Shown one piece after another: positions 9,543-19,250 of a stretch of DNA of 64,000 bases. A program made the position numbers and the translations under genes. Each line of letters begins with the position of its first letter. The stretch's first letter is position 1. The DNA is from Acidobacteriota bacterium (GTDB lineage: Bacteria > Acidobacteriota > UBA890 > WLXD01), in NCBI GenBank assembly GCA_965205505.1, contig CBDBHB010000009.1, positions 2,464,001 through 2,528,000 of the forward strand, read 5' to 3'. The notes below the pieces were generated by a model. The model did not search any database and was not told the origin of the DNA. It saw nothing but the letters and a program-made list of their open reading frames with translations.

Positions 9543-10280
9543 ATGCGACCGCACCGTGTTGCTTTGGTCACCGGTGGCGCCATCCGTGTCGGGCGCGCCA
9601 TTAGCATGGCGTTGGGACGCGCTGGCTACGCGGTGGCAATCAACTATCTGCGATCGGCGCAGCCTGCTGACGAGCTGGTGTCGGAGCTACGGACGGCAGG
9701 AGGGCGGGCGGCGGCGCTGCAGGCAGACATCACCGATCCGCGGTCAGCCACCGAGCTCGTCGACGCGGTCAAGCACGAGCTCGGCGAGGTTGATCTGCTG
9801 GTCAACAACGCCGCCGTTTTCGAACGCCGGGCATTCGTCGAACTGGACGAAACAACCTGGCAATACCACCTGAGCCTGAACCTCGAGGCGCCTTTCCGGC
9901 TCACTCGCTTGGTGGGGGAGCGCATGTGGGAGCGTGGCCGGGGCCGCATCGTCAACATTTGCGGCACTATTGGCATCCATCCACTCGGGGACTACGCTGC
10001 GTACTGCGTTGCCAAGAGCGGTCTCGATGCGTTGACGCGTTGCAGCGCTCAAGCTTTGGCGCCGCGCGTGCAGGTAAACGGGGTGGCGCCGGGCGCCATC
10101 CTGTTCCCTGAGGGAACGTCGGAGGCGGAGCGCGAGAGGGTGCTGGCCCGCGTGCCGGCGGGGTCTGCCGGGACTCCCGAAGACGTAGCGCGCGGCGTGC
10201 TCTTCTTCGCCGAAGCGCCGGACTACATAACTGGCACCATCCTGCCGGTCGACGGCGGCGCGTCGCTGAGTGCCGGCTAG
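9543..10280 (+). CDS. Pteridine reductase-like SDR (FolM/PTR1 type)
   Basis: TGGAIRVG (Arg-containing PTR motif), LVNNAA, YCVAK, LAPRVQVNGVAPG, VDGG. Confidence 0.82.
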   Translation: MRPHRVALVTGGAIRVGRAISMALGRAGYAVAINYLRSAQPADELVSELRTAGGRAAALQADITDPRSATELVDAVKHELGEVDLLVNNAAVFERRAFVELDETTWQYHLSLNLEAPFRLTRLVGERMWERGRGRIVNICGTIGIHPLGDYAAYCVAKSGLDALTRCSAQALAPRVQVNGVAPGAILFPEGTSEAERERVLARVPAGSAGTPEDVARGVLFFAEAPDYITGTILPVDGGASLSAG

Positions 10281-10555
10281 TGCTCCTGATCATAAGTACG
10301 GTGACGTTTGTGGCGCGCGCGACCGGGGCGAATTGTGGGAGCGGCGACGAGGGCGATGCAGGGTGTATCGTCGAGGCGCCGCGACGCCGAAGGTGGCCGG
10401 TCCCGCGGCCACCCGGAGGGCAGGAGCGATATGCGGACGATCTCGGCGTCAGGGCTCGTCGAGGATGGCTAAGGCATCGCCTTCCTCACCCTTCCTTGAT
10501 CTCGCCCGCATCTCGCTCCTGCAAACGTCACCGTACTTATGATCAGGAGCACTAG
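10277..10555. mobile_element. 279-bp MITE-like structured element, copy 1
   Basis: Perfect 34-bp terminal inverted repeat including CTAG (ctagtgctcctgatcataagtacggtgacgtttg); 271/279 identical to 22970-23248 by manual alignment. Confidence 0.93.
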
Positions 10556-11514
10556 TGTCAGCTCGATTCCACCACGGCCCGGTGATGATGTTCGGATCGC
10601 TTGATGCGGTGGCGGGTCTTGTCGCAGAGCGGATCTTGGGGGCAGGCGGTGACGCCATCGGGGTGGGCGCCAGGGAGCCGCCCGGGTGGCCGGGTGAGGC
10701 CGATTTTCATATATGCCGAGACCGGCGTGGGGTTGCTGCAGCAATACGCGAGCTTAGGCCAGAGTGCCTGATCAACTTCTGTGTCGACTCGCTCGCCCGC
10801 TCTGGGCGGCTCGCTCTTGCGAACACCGCGATGCGCGCCGCGGCGAGCGTGCGCGTACCACTGTTGATCCACTGGGGCAGCGCCGCCGCATACCCGCAGC
10901 CGTCGTCGGATGGGCGCCCTTGGTTGGAGACCGATACGCTCGATGACGCAGCAGGAGCCAACGACCAGACGGCGATAGATCGCGCCGTGCGTGAGTTCGC
11001 CGGGGTACACGGCCGAACAAACGTCTATGTGTTCCGGGCCGCTGCAACCATAGGGCCTCGGAGCACGAGCCTCATCGAAGATCTGCTGCGCACGCCGTTG
11101 GTCTCACGGCTACAACGTGATCCGATGGTGCAATTCCTTCATGAAGACGACGCCGCGGACGTTCTTTGGCGGGCGATACGGGAAGGGCACGGTGGTACCT
11201 ACAACGTGGCCGCCGACGGTCTACTACGACTCTCTGAGGTGTGCCGAGCCGTTGCGCGGCCCAGTCGGGTGCTTCCCGTCGGCTTTGCCTGGCTACTAGC
11301 AGGAGTTGCCTGGTTGTTGCGGCGGGCGCCATCGCCAGCGCGCCAGCTGCGCTGGTCATCCGGGTTGCCGATCATCGACAACACTCGACTGAAGACCCAC
11401 TTCGGGACGCGGCCGCGCCACACGGGACGCGAGGCCCTGGCAGCTGCTCGGGCTCACACGGCATTCAGCACCCTACTAGATGGGGAGTCGTCGACGTCCC
11501 CCGACCCGCCTTAA
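10555..11514 (+). CDS. Atypical NAD-dependent epimerase/dehydratase-family protein
   Basis: WGSAAAY, FRAAATIGP, VQFLHEDDAA and GTYNVAADG fit the extended-SDR fold; no GxxGxxG or YxxxK. Confidence 0.7.
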   Translation: MSARFHHGPVMMFGSLDAVAGLVAERILGAGGDAIGVGAREPPGWPGEADFHICRDRRGVAAAIRELRPECLINFCVDSLARSGRLALANTAMRAAASVRVPLLIHWGSAAAYPQPSSDGRPWLETDTLDDAAGANDQTAIDRAVREFAGVHGRTNVYVFRAAATIGPRSTSLIEDLLRTPLVSRLQRDPMVQFLHEDDAADVLWRAIREGHGGTYNVAADGLLRLSEVCRAVARPSRVLPVGFAWLLAGVAWLLRRAPSPARQLRWSSGLPIIDNTRLKTHFGTRPRHTGREALAAARAHTAFSTLLDGESSTSPDPP

Positions 11515-11566
11515 CCAGGCCCCGTCGCGCTCGCTACAGGCGTACCACTATTTGTGGGGCGTAGCA

Positions 11567-12205
11567 CTAGAAGCCCCAGGCGAGCCCCACCACCACCGTA
11601 TGCGCGTTGATGCCCGGGTTCGCCGGCCCGGTGCCGGCGTTCGAAACGTGATGCAGGCGGTAGTCGATTTGGATCGCTCGTCGTTCGGAGACAGCGAACT
11701 CCACCCCGGCGCCAACGAAGAGCGTGTAGTTGAAGCGCGTCTCGCCCGGGGGAACCCGGCGCGACGTGAACAACGTTCCTGTACCAGCCCGGATCACCGG
11801 GCGGACACTGCGTGCCGGCCTCAGGCGATGTTCGTACACGAGGCTCCAAGCCGCGCCCCAGGCGCTCGGCGATTGATCGAAGTAGCTGAATGGCGAGAGC
11901 TCGACGCCGACTGCAGGTTGCCCCCCCAAGAACTTCTTGGTGCTGGCGAGCACGTCTTGGCCGCCCAGCACTCGCGTCCATCGCACCCACACCGAGTCGA
12001 TGTCGATTTCCTTCGAGCCGTTGATCTGTGCACCGATCCCATGGCTACCGGCTACCGCCCAGCGGTTATGTCCCGGTCGCTTGGCCTGCACGTCTTCCGT
12101 GCGAGAGGCAGGCTCGGGCAACTCGAGGGGAGGGGCGGTGTCCTGGGCGAGCACGGGAGTCGCGAGACTCAAGATGGCCAAGATGAGCGAACTGCATCGC
12201 AGCAT
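11567..12205 (-). CDS. PagL / acyloxyacyl hydrolase-family outer-membrane beta-barrel
   Basis: Signal peptide MLRCSSLILAILSLATPVLA; FNYTLFVGAG; YRLHHVSNAG..NPGIN; C-terminal Phe. Confidence 0.8.
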   Translation of the reverse strand: MLRCSSLILAILSLATPVLAQDTAPPLELPEPASRTEDVQAKRPGHNRWAVAGSHGIGAQINGSKEIDIDSVWVRWTRVLGGQDVLASTKKFLGGQPAVGVELSPFSYFDQSPSAWGAAWSLVYEHRLRPARSVRPVIRAGTGTLFTSRRVPPGETRFNYTLFVGAGVEFAVSERRAIQIDYRLHHVSNAGTGPANPGINAHTVVVGLAWGF

Positions 12206-12469
12206 CGTAAACTCGCGGGTTTCCGGATGCGCTGCCCTCACCTCGGCAACCGCGTCCTGGCGGTTCGATCCCACAGTTTCGCATGCTCGATGGACGGGTG
12301 CGTTTCGTGGCCGACCCGCCCGGGTGCTTGACTCCCATTGCACAAGCCCTGAGACTGCGGCCGCGGTCTCGGCCACCCCTGAGCGAGTCGCTGCGATGCA
12401 GCGCGTTGCGTGGCTCGCGGCTTCTCACTGCGGTCGGGATGTCGATCTCGAGGGTGTCGAACGCTCGTC

Positions 12470-13492
12470 ATGAACCACGACCGGACCCAACCCCCGTCAC
12501 GTCCGGGCCCTGACAGGCGCGATCGTTTCCGAGCTCCGGAACACGATCGCGCGCTTCGAGTCATGGAAGCTCACCGGGTGCGGGAGCTTGCCGTGAAGAC
12601 GTCGATCTTCCGGCTGTCCGTCGCCGCCGCGCTCGGGCTGGTGCTGTTGAAGCTCGGTGCCGCCTGGTGGACCAACAGCCTGGCGATTCTCGCCTCCGGC
12701 CTCGACTCGATGCTCGACGTGGCGCTCGCCGGACTCAACTGGTTCTCGGCCAGGAAGGCGGAGGAGCCGCCGGACACCGAGCACCCGTTCGGGCACGGCA
12801 AGGTCGAGAGCCTCGTGGGCGGGATTCAGGCGTTGATATTGGCCGGTGTGGCGGTGTTTATCGGCGTTCAGGGCGTCGAGCGCCTACGCGCTCCGGAGCC
12901 CGTTGTCGGTACTACCTGGGGTGTCGGCGTGATGTTGGTCTCGGCGTTGGTCGCCCTCGGGCTCTCGCGGCTCATCCGTTCGCGCGGAGCCGGAACCGAG
13001 TCGCCGATAATCGCTACCGAACAGCTGCATTACTCGATGGATTTCACCAGTCACGCTGCCGTAATTCTTGCCCTCGTTCTGCAGGCGACCACGGGCGTCA
13101 TCTATTTCGATCCGTTCGTGTCGATCCTGATCGCCGTGTTCGTACTCTGGCAGGTGCGGGCGCTGAGCATCGACACCGCTCAGGATCTCCTGGACCGTGA
13201 GCTGCCGGCGGATGTTCAGCAGGAGATCGTCCGTGTCCTGGATGAGCATGGTGGCGAGGTGCTGGCATATCACGGCCTGCGCACGCGCCGCGCCGGAAGC
13301 CAGAAGATCGTCAATCTGCACTTGGTGCTGTGCAAGGCGATCAGCTTCGAGACCTCGCACCACATCGTTGACCACGTGGAGCAGGAGCTCGAGCTCGCGA
13401 TTCCGCGTACCGACGTGACCATCCACGCAGATCCGTGCGGCGAGTACTGTCCGGGCGAGGACCGCTGCCCGTGGTCTCGGTTGCTGCGCTAG
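12470..13492 (+). CDS. Cation diffusion facilitator (FieF-like)
   Basis: SGLDSMLD, HPFGHGKVE, HYSMD, LRTRRAG, IHADP. Confidence 0.9.
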   Translation: MNHDRTQPPSRPGPDRRDRFRAPEHDRALRVMEAHRVRELAVKTSIFRLSVAAALGLVLLKLGAAWWTNSLAILASGLDSMLDVALAGLNWFSARKAEEPPDTEHPFGHGKVESLVGGIQALILAGVAVFIGVQGVERLRAPEPVVGTTWGVGVMLVSALVALGLSRLIRSRGAGTESPIIATEQLHYSMDFTSHAAVILALVLQATTGVIYFDPFVSILIAVFVLWQVRALSIDTAQDLLDRELPADVQQEIVRVLDEHGGEVLAYHGLRTRRAGSQKIVNLHLVLCKAISFETSHHIVDHVEQELELAIPRTDVTIHADPCGEYCPGEDRCPWSRLLR

Positions 13493-13504
13493 GAAGTATC
13501 GCGA

Positions 13505-14377
13505 TCAAGAGCCCGCGTGCGGCTCGGCGTCTGGTTGGCTCGTGGCGACCGGCTTCGGTGGCGTGGCGGGTGCGGAGTCACTCGAGATCGGCAGCGGCGT
13601 CAGCCGCACGTAGGCGATCAGGATCACCAGGAAAGCAGCTCCGGATAGCAGCGCCAGCAACCCTGCGTCGCCGAACTCCGGTGCCTGGCTTTCAGTTGCC
13701 TCGAGCAACGGGATGGCGGCGAACGCCAGCAAATTGTTGGCGCCGTGCGCCAACATTGCCGGGAATATCGAGCCCGAGCGCCACACGAGAATACCGAAGT
13801 AGACGCCCAGCAGCGTGCGTGGCAACAGCCCGATAATGTCGAGGTGGAACAGCGCAAACAGCAGGCCGGTGATGAAGATCGGCACACCCCAGCGGCGGCC
13901 GCGAGCCAGCAGTTGCAGCATTAGGCCACGGAAGAGAAGCTCCTCGCAGACCGCGGCCAGAAACACTCCGCCGAACAGCAGCAGCGCCAGCTCGCCGGTG
14001 GTTTCTGTCTTCAGCAACGGTTCGAGCATTTGCTCCAGCAGCTCGCGCCAGTCGTCGCCGCCGGGAATAAACTCGAGGACCAACTCCTGCGTCGCTCCGC
14101 CGAACATCTGCAGCGGAATCGCAGTGGCCCCAGCGACCACGTAATGAATCCAATGCGTGGACCGCAGCAGGAACGCGTCGCGGAAGTTCAGTCTGAGCAG
14201 CAGTGCGAACAAGACCGGGGCGGCGAGGATCGCGCCGATCTCGTCCACGACGATCAGCAGCTTGAAGTCGAGTCCGGCGATCGTTCCGCCCATCGCCAGG
14301 AACAGATGGAGGGCGAGAGCGAACAAGAACAGCGCCATCGCGGTCCAGCGCGCGGACAGAGGAGGAGGCCAGGGCAA
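13505..14377 (-). CDS. CPBP (Abi/CAAX) intramembrane metalloprotease
   Basis: EELLFRG, FALFH and AHGANN motifs; hydrophobic; start uncertain. Confidence 0.88.
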   Translation of the reverse strand: MPWPPPLSARWTAMALFLFALALHLFLAMGGTIAGLDFKLLIVVDEIGAILAAPVLFALLLRLNFRDAFLLRSTHWIHYVVAGATAIPLQMFGGATQELVLEFIPGGDDWRELLEQMLEPLLKTETTGELALLLFGGVFLAAVCEELLFRGLMLQLLARGRRWGVPIFITGLLFALFHLDIIGLLPRTLLGVYFGILVWRSGSIFPAMLAHGANNLLAFAAIPLLEATESQAPEFGDAGLLALLSGAAFLVILIAYVRLTPLPISSDSAPATPPKPVATSQPDAEPHAGS

Positions 14378-14515
14378 GAAACGGCTCCGGATGGCGTTTG
14401 CGAAGGCCGGGGCGCGGCGGACAGTGCGCGCAGAAGGCTCATACTAGCATAGGAAGAGAGGGTCTCCAGAGCCCAATCTCTTGACCCCACAATCGCTTGA
14501 CCGGAGCCGCAACGG

Positions 14516-14944
14516 ATGCCCATGGACGAACCGATGGTGCGCAAGTCGACGCCGTTCGATGCTCTCCTCGGCCTTGATGTGAAGCAGGCGCGCGACGGGG
14601 AGTCGGAGGTTCTGCTGGAGCTGGTAGCGGCCCATTGCAATCGGCGCGGCGTGGCTCACGGAGGTGTCGTGTGTGGGCTGCTCGACACCGCCTTGGGTGC
14701 GGCCGTGGTGTCAACGCTCAGTGAAGCCGAATGGTGCGGTACGCTCGAGCTCTCGGTACAGTTTCGAGACCCGGCCCGCCACGGCCCTCTCGTGGCGCGT
14801 GGGCGCGTTGCGCGTCGCGGGCGTCGCGTGGCGTTTGCCGAGGGCGAAGTGGTCGACGCCCGCGATCGTGTGGTAGCCGTCGCTCATGGAGTCTGGACGA
14901 TCTGGCCAAGCCATCCCGACGGTCAGAGCACCTCGCTGACCTGA
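14516..14944 (+). CDS. PaaI-family thioesterase
   Basis: HCNRRGVAHGGVVCGLLD hot-dog motif. Confidence 0.88.
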   Translation: MPMDEPMVRKSTPFDALLGLDVKQARDGESEVLLELVAAHCNRRGVAHGGVVCGLLDTALGAAVVSTLSEAEWCGTLELSVQFRDPARHGPLVARGRVARRGRRVAFAEGEVVDARDRVVAVAHGVWTIWPSHPDGQSTSLT

Positions 14945-14948
14945 GCGC

Positions 14949-16217
14949 TCAATCGTAGAGCAGGTAACGGGCCCGGATGCGGCGGAATTCCTGCAGTGCC
15001 GGCGCCCAGCTCGTCGTTACGGCAAGCGCGTCCATTCCGGACCGGAGCTGTTCGTGTATCGCAGGATCGCCCCACAGGGTCGCGAGTCGGCGGTGCTCCC
15101 ACGAGCCGGCGTAAAGGCGCTCGAGCGTGGTCGCGAGCGTCGCCGCGGTCAGGCCAGCGTCGAATGCTTCGCGGTCGATCACGATCAGGTCGACGCCAGC
15201 GCATTCCTCGCCGGCGTACACAGAGGCCGCTGGAGTCAGGTGTCGGGGTATGAATCGGAGCCCGGGGAGCGCCGCGGCGTTGAGCGCCGCGGCGAGCTCT
15301 CGAGCGTCGATCCAGGGAGCCCCGAACCATTCGAACGGGGTGTCAGTGCCGCGACCTACAGAGATATTGGTCCATTCCAGTGGGCCGAGAGCGGGGTACA
15401 GCAAGGCTTGGGTGAGGTTGCGAATGTTGGGCGACGGATTGCGCCACAGCAAGCCGGTCTCGTCGTACCACATGCCGCGTTGCCAGCCCTCGGTGCGGAT
15501 CACCGTGAGCTCCGCGTCGATGCCACGCTCGTCGTTGAAGTAGCCAGCAAGCTCGCCGATCGTCATACCGTGCCGGGTCGGTATGGGCGCGTAGCCGACG
15601 AACGCCAGCAGCGATTCGTCCAATACAGGTCCGCTGATCGCGATGCCGCCAATGGGATTCGGGCGGTCGAGGACGACGATGGGAAGCCCGAGGCGCGCGG
15701 CCTCCTCCATGCAATACGCGAGGGTCGTAGCGTAGGTGTAAAAACGTGTGCCGACGTCCTGAATATCGAAGACCAACCCCTCTAGGCCGCGTAGCATCTC
15801 GGCTGTGGGGCGCCGAGTGTCTCCGTAGAGGCTGTGGATTGGGAGGCCGGTGGCCGAGTCGAAGGAATCGGCGACGTCGCCGTCGAGGGCGGCGGCAAAC
15901 CCGTGTTCCGGACTGAATATCGCGACCAACTCGATTGCCGGTGACTTGGAGAGAACGACGGCGGTCAGGGCGCCTCCGCCGGTGCGGCCAGTGTCGTTGG
16001 TAACTAGCCCGACGCGTCTGCCGGCCAGTGGATGGAAGCCCGCGGCCTGCCAAACGTCGATCCCGGGCCTTGTCGGAGCCGCAGCTAGGGTCAGCCGGGG
16101 CAGAGCCGATGGGGCGGGGCTTGTGATCGCCAGAGCCGCTAGCGCGAGAGCACCTATCCACGGCAGGTTGCTGCTAGTCCGGGGTTTGTCGCCGCCGGTG
16201 GCGGGCCGTACACTCAT
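14949..16217 (-). CDS. namZ: Exo-beta-N-acetylmuramidase NamZ (DUF1343)
   Basis: VGLVTN.TG, FSPEHG, SLYG, FDIQDVGTRFYTY, LDRPNP, RHGMTIGELA, PSPN, SVGRGT. Confidence 0.9.
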   Translation of the reverse strand: MSVRPATGGDKPRTSSNLPWIGALALAALAITSPAPSALPRLTLAAAPTRPGIDVWQAAGFHPLAGRRVGLVTNDTGRTGGGALTAVVLSKSPAIELVAIFSPEHGFAAALDGDVADSFDSATGLPIHSLYGDTRRPTAEMLRGLEGLVFDIQDVGTRFYTYATTLAYCMEEAARLGLPIVVLDRPNPIGGIAISGPVLDESLLAFVGYAPIPTRHGMTIGELAGYFNDERGIDAELTVIRTEGWQRGMWYDETGLLWRNPSPNIRNLTQALLYPALGPLEWTNISVGRGTDTPFEWFGAPWIDARELAAALNAAALPGLRFIPRHLTPAASVYAGEECAGVDLIVIDREAFDAGLTAATLATTLERLYAGSWEHRRLATLWGDPAIHEQLRSGMDALAVTTSWAPALQEFRRIRARYLLYD

Positions 16218-16283
16218 GTCACCGCTGCTGCCATGTCGCAGGAATCCATGATTCGGCTCCAGGATGCGCATCTTAGCTCACCA

Positions 16284-19250
16284 ATGCATGGCCTAGCAGG
16301 CGGCCTGGTCTTTGTGGTGATAATCCTGGGGAGCGCCGGAGGCACTGCGCCAGCCGGCCCGGCTGCCGTCGAGGTCGCGCTACTCCAGCGCCCGCCGCCC
16401 CTATCCATCGATCCTCGGGTGCCGCTTTCGCCTGCCGGCGAAGCGGAGATCGACGCGACGCTCGCCCCCATGAGTCTCGAGGAGCGCGTCGGACAGGTGC
16501 TCATGGTGCGGGCTTTCGGCGAATATTACCCGGCCGACGCCAACACCCGGCGCGAGCTGGTGTCGTTAGTGGAGGATCTCGCTCTGGGAGGGGTGATTCT
16601 CTTCCGGTCGCAAGCGTACGAGGCAGCGGCATTGCTACACGATCTGCAGCGAGCCGCGGCTGCCGCCGGCCATCTGCCACTCGTCGTCGCCGCCGACTTC
16701 GAGTGGGGAGCGGATTTCCGCATTGACGGCGCCGTTCCGTTTCCCACTGCCATGGCGGTCGGGGCTACCTACGATCCGGAGGCGGCCGAGTGGATGGGAC
16801 GCGCTAGCGCGCGCGACGCTCGGGCGCTGGGGGTGCACTGGATCTTTGCACCGGTCGCCGACGTCAACGTCAACCCGCGCAACCCGGTGATCAACGTGCG
16901 CGCCTTTGGTGAGGATCCGGATCACGTCGGCGGTATGGTGGCGGCATTTGTACGTGGAGCACAGCAAGGCGGGGTCCTGGCAACCGCCAAGCACTTCCCC
17001 GGACACGGTGACACGGCGGTCGACTCGCACAACGCCCTGCCTGTGCTGGACCACGACAACCGCCGACTGCAGGCGGTGGAGCTGGCCCCTTTCCGTGCGG
17101 CAATCGACGCCGGGGTGGCCAGCATCATGACCGCGCACATAGCGGTCCCGGCCTTGACTGCCGACAGCAGTTTGCCAGCGACGCTGTCGTACGCGGTGCT
17201 GACGGATCTCCTGCGTACGCAGCTCGACTTTCGCGGTCTGGTGGTTACCGACGCCATGGAGATGGGCGGCATCTCGCAGCGTTGGTGGAGCGGTCAAGCA
17301 GCCATCGAGGCGATGGTGGCGGGCGCCGATCTGGTGTTGTTGCCTCCCAACCCGCGTGCCGTCCACGCGGCTCTCGTCCGGGCTGTCGAACGTGGTGATC
17401 TCGGCCGGGATCGCCTTGATGGCGCTGTACGCGGCGTGTTGCGCGCGAAGATGCGATTGGGGCTCCGCAAAGGCGTCGTCGAATCGCCGCTGGCAGCGCT
17501 TCCCGACACCTTCGCTCCGGCCTCCGACCTGGAACGCTCGCAGGAGGTTTCGGACCGCACGGTGACGCTGCTGCGCGATCGCAATGGGCTGCTGCCTTTG
17601 GACGCCCGCGATTGGAACAACGTCATGGTGGTCGGAGTGTCGGACAACGATCAGCCGGCCCCGACATCGGCACTGGTGAGCGCCTTGCGCGAACCGTTAG
17701 CCAACGTGACGTCGCGGTCGATCGATGGGCGAACTCGGGGAGATGAGGCCGCCGAGATCGTTACCGCCGCGTCGAAGGCGAGTGTGCTGATCCTGGCGGT
17801 TCGCGTGCGCATACGCACGAGCACCGGTCGCATTGCCTTGCCGCGACGGCAGGCTCAGTACGCCGCGATGCTCGCCGACCTCCAGGTGCCGACGATCGTG
17901 GCAGCGCTCGGCAGCCCCTACGCTGTTGCCGCGTTCCCGCAGGCTTCGACGATCTTGACTGTCTACGGATGGAGTGATCCGTTGCAACGCGCGGTGGCCC
18001 GTGCCGTCACCGGAGAAATTCCCTTCACCGGCAGGCTGCCGGTCTCGGTACCCGGCCTCTATCCTGTCGGGCACGGCGAGCAACGCGACGCCGTCGACGC
18101 CAAGCTGGCGCTGCCGGCGGAAGCTGTTTATGGAGCGCCGGCCGGCGACGCACCCGGCGCCGCCGCGGTGGATCTGACGGCCGCCGCGGCCGCCCTGCAG
18201 CGCTGGGCGGATGCCGGTGCGTTCCCGGGCGCAGTCTACGCTGTCGGGCATCGACGCCAAATGGTCGGACTAGGCGCCATAGGCAAGATGAGCTACGACG
18301 ATAACGCCCCACCGATGCCCGTCGATGCGCTATTCGACCTTGCCTCTGTTACCAAGGTTGTGGCGACGACACCCGTGGCGATGCGCGCCATCGAGCGCGG
18401 CACGCTGCGGCTCGACTATCCCGTGCAGGCTCTGGTGCCAGAGTTTCAGGGCGCCGACAAGTCCGCGGTCACGATTCGCCACCTCCTGACGCACACATCT
18501 GGATTGCCCGCGTATGTGGAGTTCTTCCGCGACCACGCTCCCGACGATGCGGGTTCCGCCGTACGAGCCGCGGTGCTCGAGCGGATCTACGCGACCGAGT
18601 TGGAAGCGCCGGTAGGCAGTCGCTACGTTTATTCCGATCTTGGCATCGTGTTGCTCGGAGAGGCGCTCAGCCGAGCGCTCGGCGAACTTTTCGCGGAGTA
18701 TGCTCGGCGCGAGCTCTTCGAGCCGCTGGGGATGCACGACACGATGTGGAATCCGCCGGCCTCCGAGCATCACCGAATCCCCCCGACCGAGTACGACGCG
18801 TGGCGCGGTGCAATGGTGCGCGGTGCGGTGCACGACGAGAACGCCTACGCGATGGGCGGCGTCGCGCCCCATGCCGGGTTGTTCTCGACCGCTCAGGATC
18901 TGGCGGTTTACGCGCAGATGATGCTGAATCTGGGCACCTACGATCATGATCGGGTGCTAGGGCGGTCGACCATCGATCGCTGGCGCAAGCCGCAGAACAT
19001 CGTCGCCGGCAGTAGTCGTGCCCTCGGGTGGGATACGGCGCGCGGCAGCCAGCGTTGGACGATGTTCGATGCCAGCGCGTACGGTCACACTGGTTTCACC
19101 GGAACCTCGATTTGGATCGATCCGACGCGCGGCTTGTTCGTCATCCTACTGACCAACCGCGTGCACCCGACGCGTGAGAACCAGCAGCATGTCGAGGCAC
19201 GGGTTGAGTTCCATCGCGAGGTAGTGCAGGCGATTGACCGGGCTTCATGA
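16284..19250 (+). CDS. nagZ: GH3 beta-N-acetylglucosaminidase fused to a beta-lactamase-family serine hydrolase (AmiE-like)
   Basis: KHFPGHGDT..DSH and TDAMEM (GH3); ASVTK, YSD and GHTGFTG (serine hydrolase); start uncertain (16233 or 16284). Confidence 0.9.
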   Translation: MHGLAGGLVFVVIILGSAGGTAPAGPAAVEVALLQRPPPLSIDPRVPLSPAGEAEIDATLAPMSLEERVGQVLMVRAFGEYYPADANTRRELVSLVEDLALGGVILFRSQAYEAAALLHDLQRAAAAAGHLPLVVAADFEWGADFRIDGAVPFPTAMAVGATYDPEAAEWMGRASARDARALGVHWIFAPVADVNVNPRNPVINVRAFGEDPDHVGGMVAAFVRGAQQGGVLATAKHFPGHGDTAVDSHNALPVLDHDNRRLQAVELAPFRAAIDAGVASIMTAHIAVPALTADSSLPATLSYAVLTDLLRTQLDFRGLVVTDAMEMGGISQRWWSGQAAIEAMVAGADLVLLPPNPRAVHAALVRAVERGDLGRDRLDGAVRGVLRAKMRLGLRKGVVESPLAALPDTFAPASDLERSQEVSDRTVTLLRDRNGLLPLDARDWNNVMVVGVSDNDQPAPTSALVSALREPLANVTSRSIDGRTRGDEAAEIVTAASKASVLILAVRVRIRTSTGRIALPRRQAQYAAMLADLQVPTIVAALGSPYAVAAFPQASTILTVYGWSDPLQRAVARAVTGEIPFTGRLPVSVPGLYPVGHGEQRDAVDAKLALPAEAVYGAPAGDAPGAAAVDLTAAAAALQRWADAGAFPGAVYAVGHRRQMVGLGAIGKMSYDDNAPPMPVDALFDLASVTKVVATTPVAMRAIERGTLRLDYPVQALVPEFQGADKSAVTIRHLLTHTSGLPAYVEFFRDHAPDDAGSAVRAAVLERIYATELEAPVGSRYVYSDLGIVLLGEALSRALGELFAEYARRELFEPLGMHDTMWNPPASEHHRIPPTEYDAWRGAMVRGAVHDENAYAMGGVAPHAGLFSTAQDLAVYAQMMLNLGTYDHDRVLGRSTIDRWRKPQNIVAGSSRALGWDTARGSQRWTMFDASAYGHTGFTGTSIWIDPTRGLFVILLTNRVHPTRENQQHVEARVEFHREVVQAIDRAS

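Noticed and set aside
10280-10555. 91-aa element ORFs as genuine conserved proteins or transposases
   Set aside because: Copy 3 opens the opposite strand of the element, so the peptide is not conserved; no DDE or HUH motifs
12257-12276. GGTTCGATCC resembling a tRNA T-loop
   Set aside because: The T-stem pairs poorly and no acceptor, D or anticodon arms can be built
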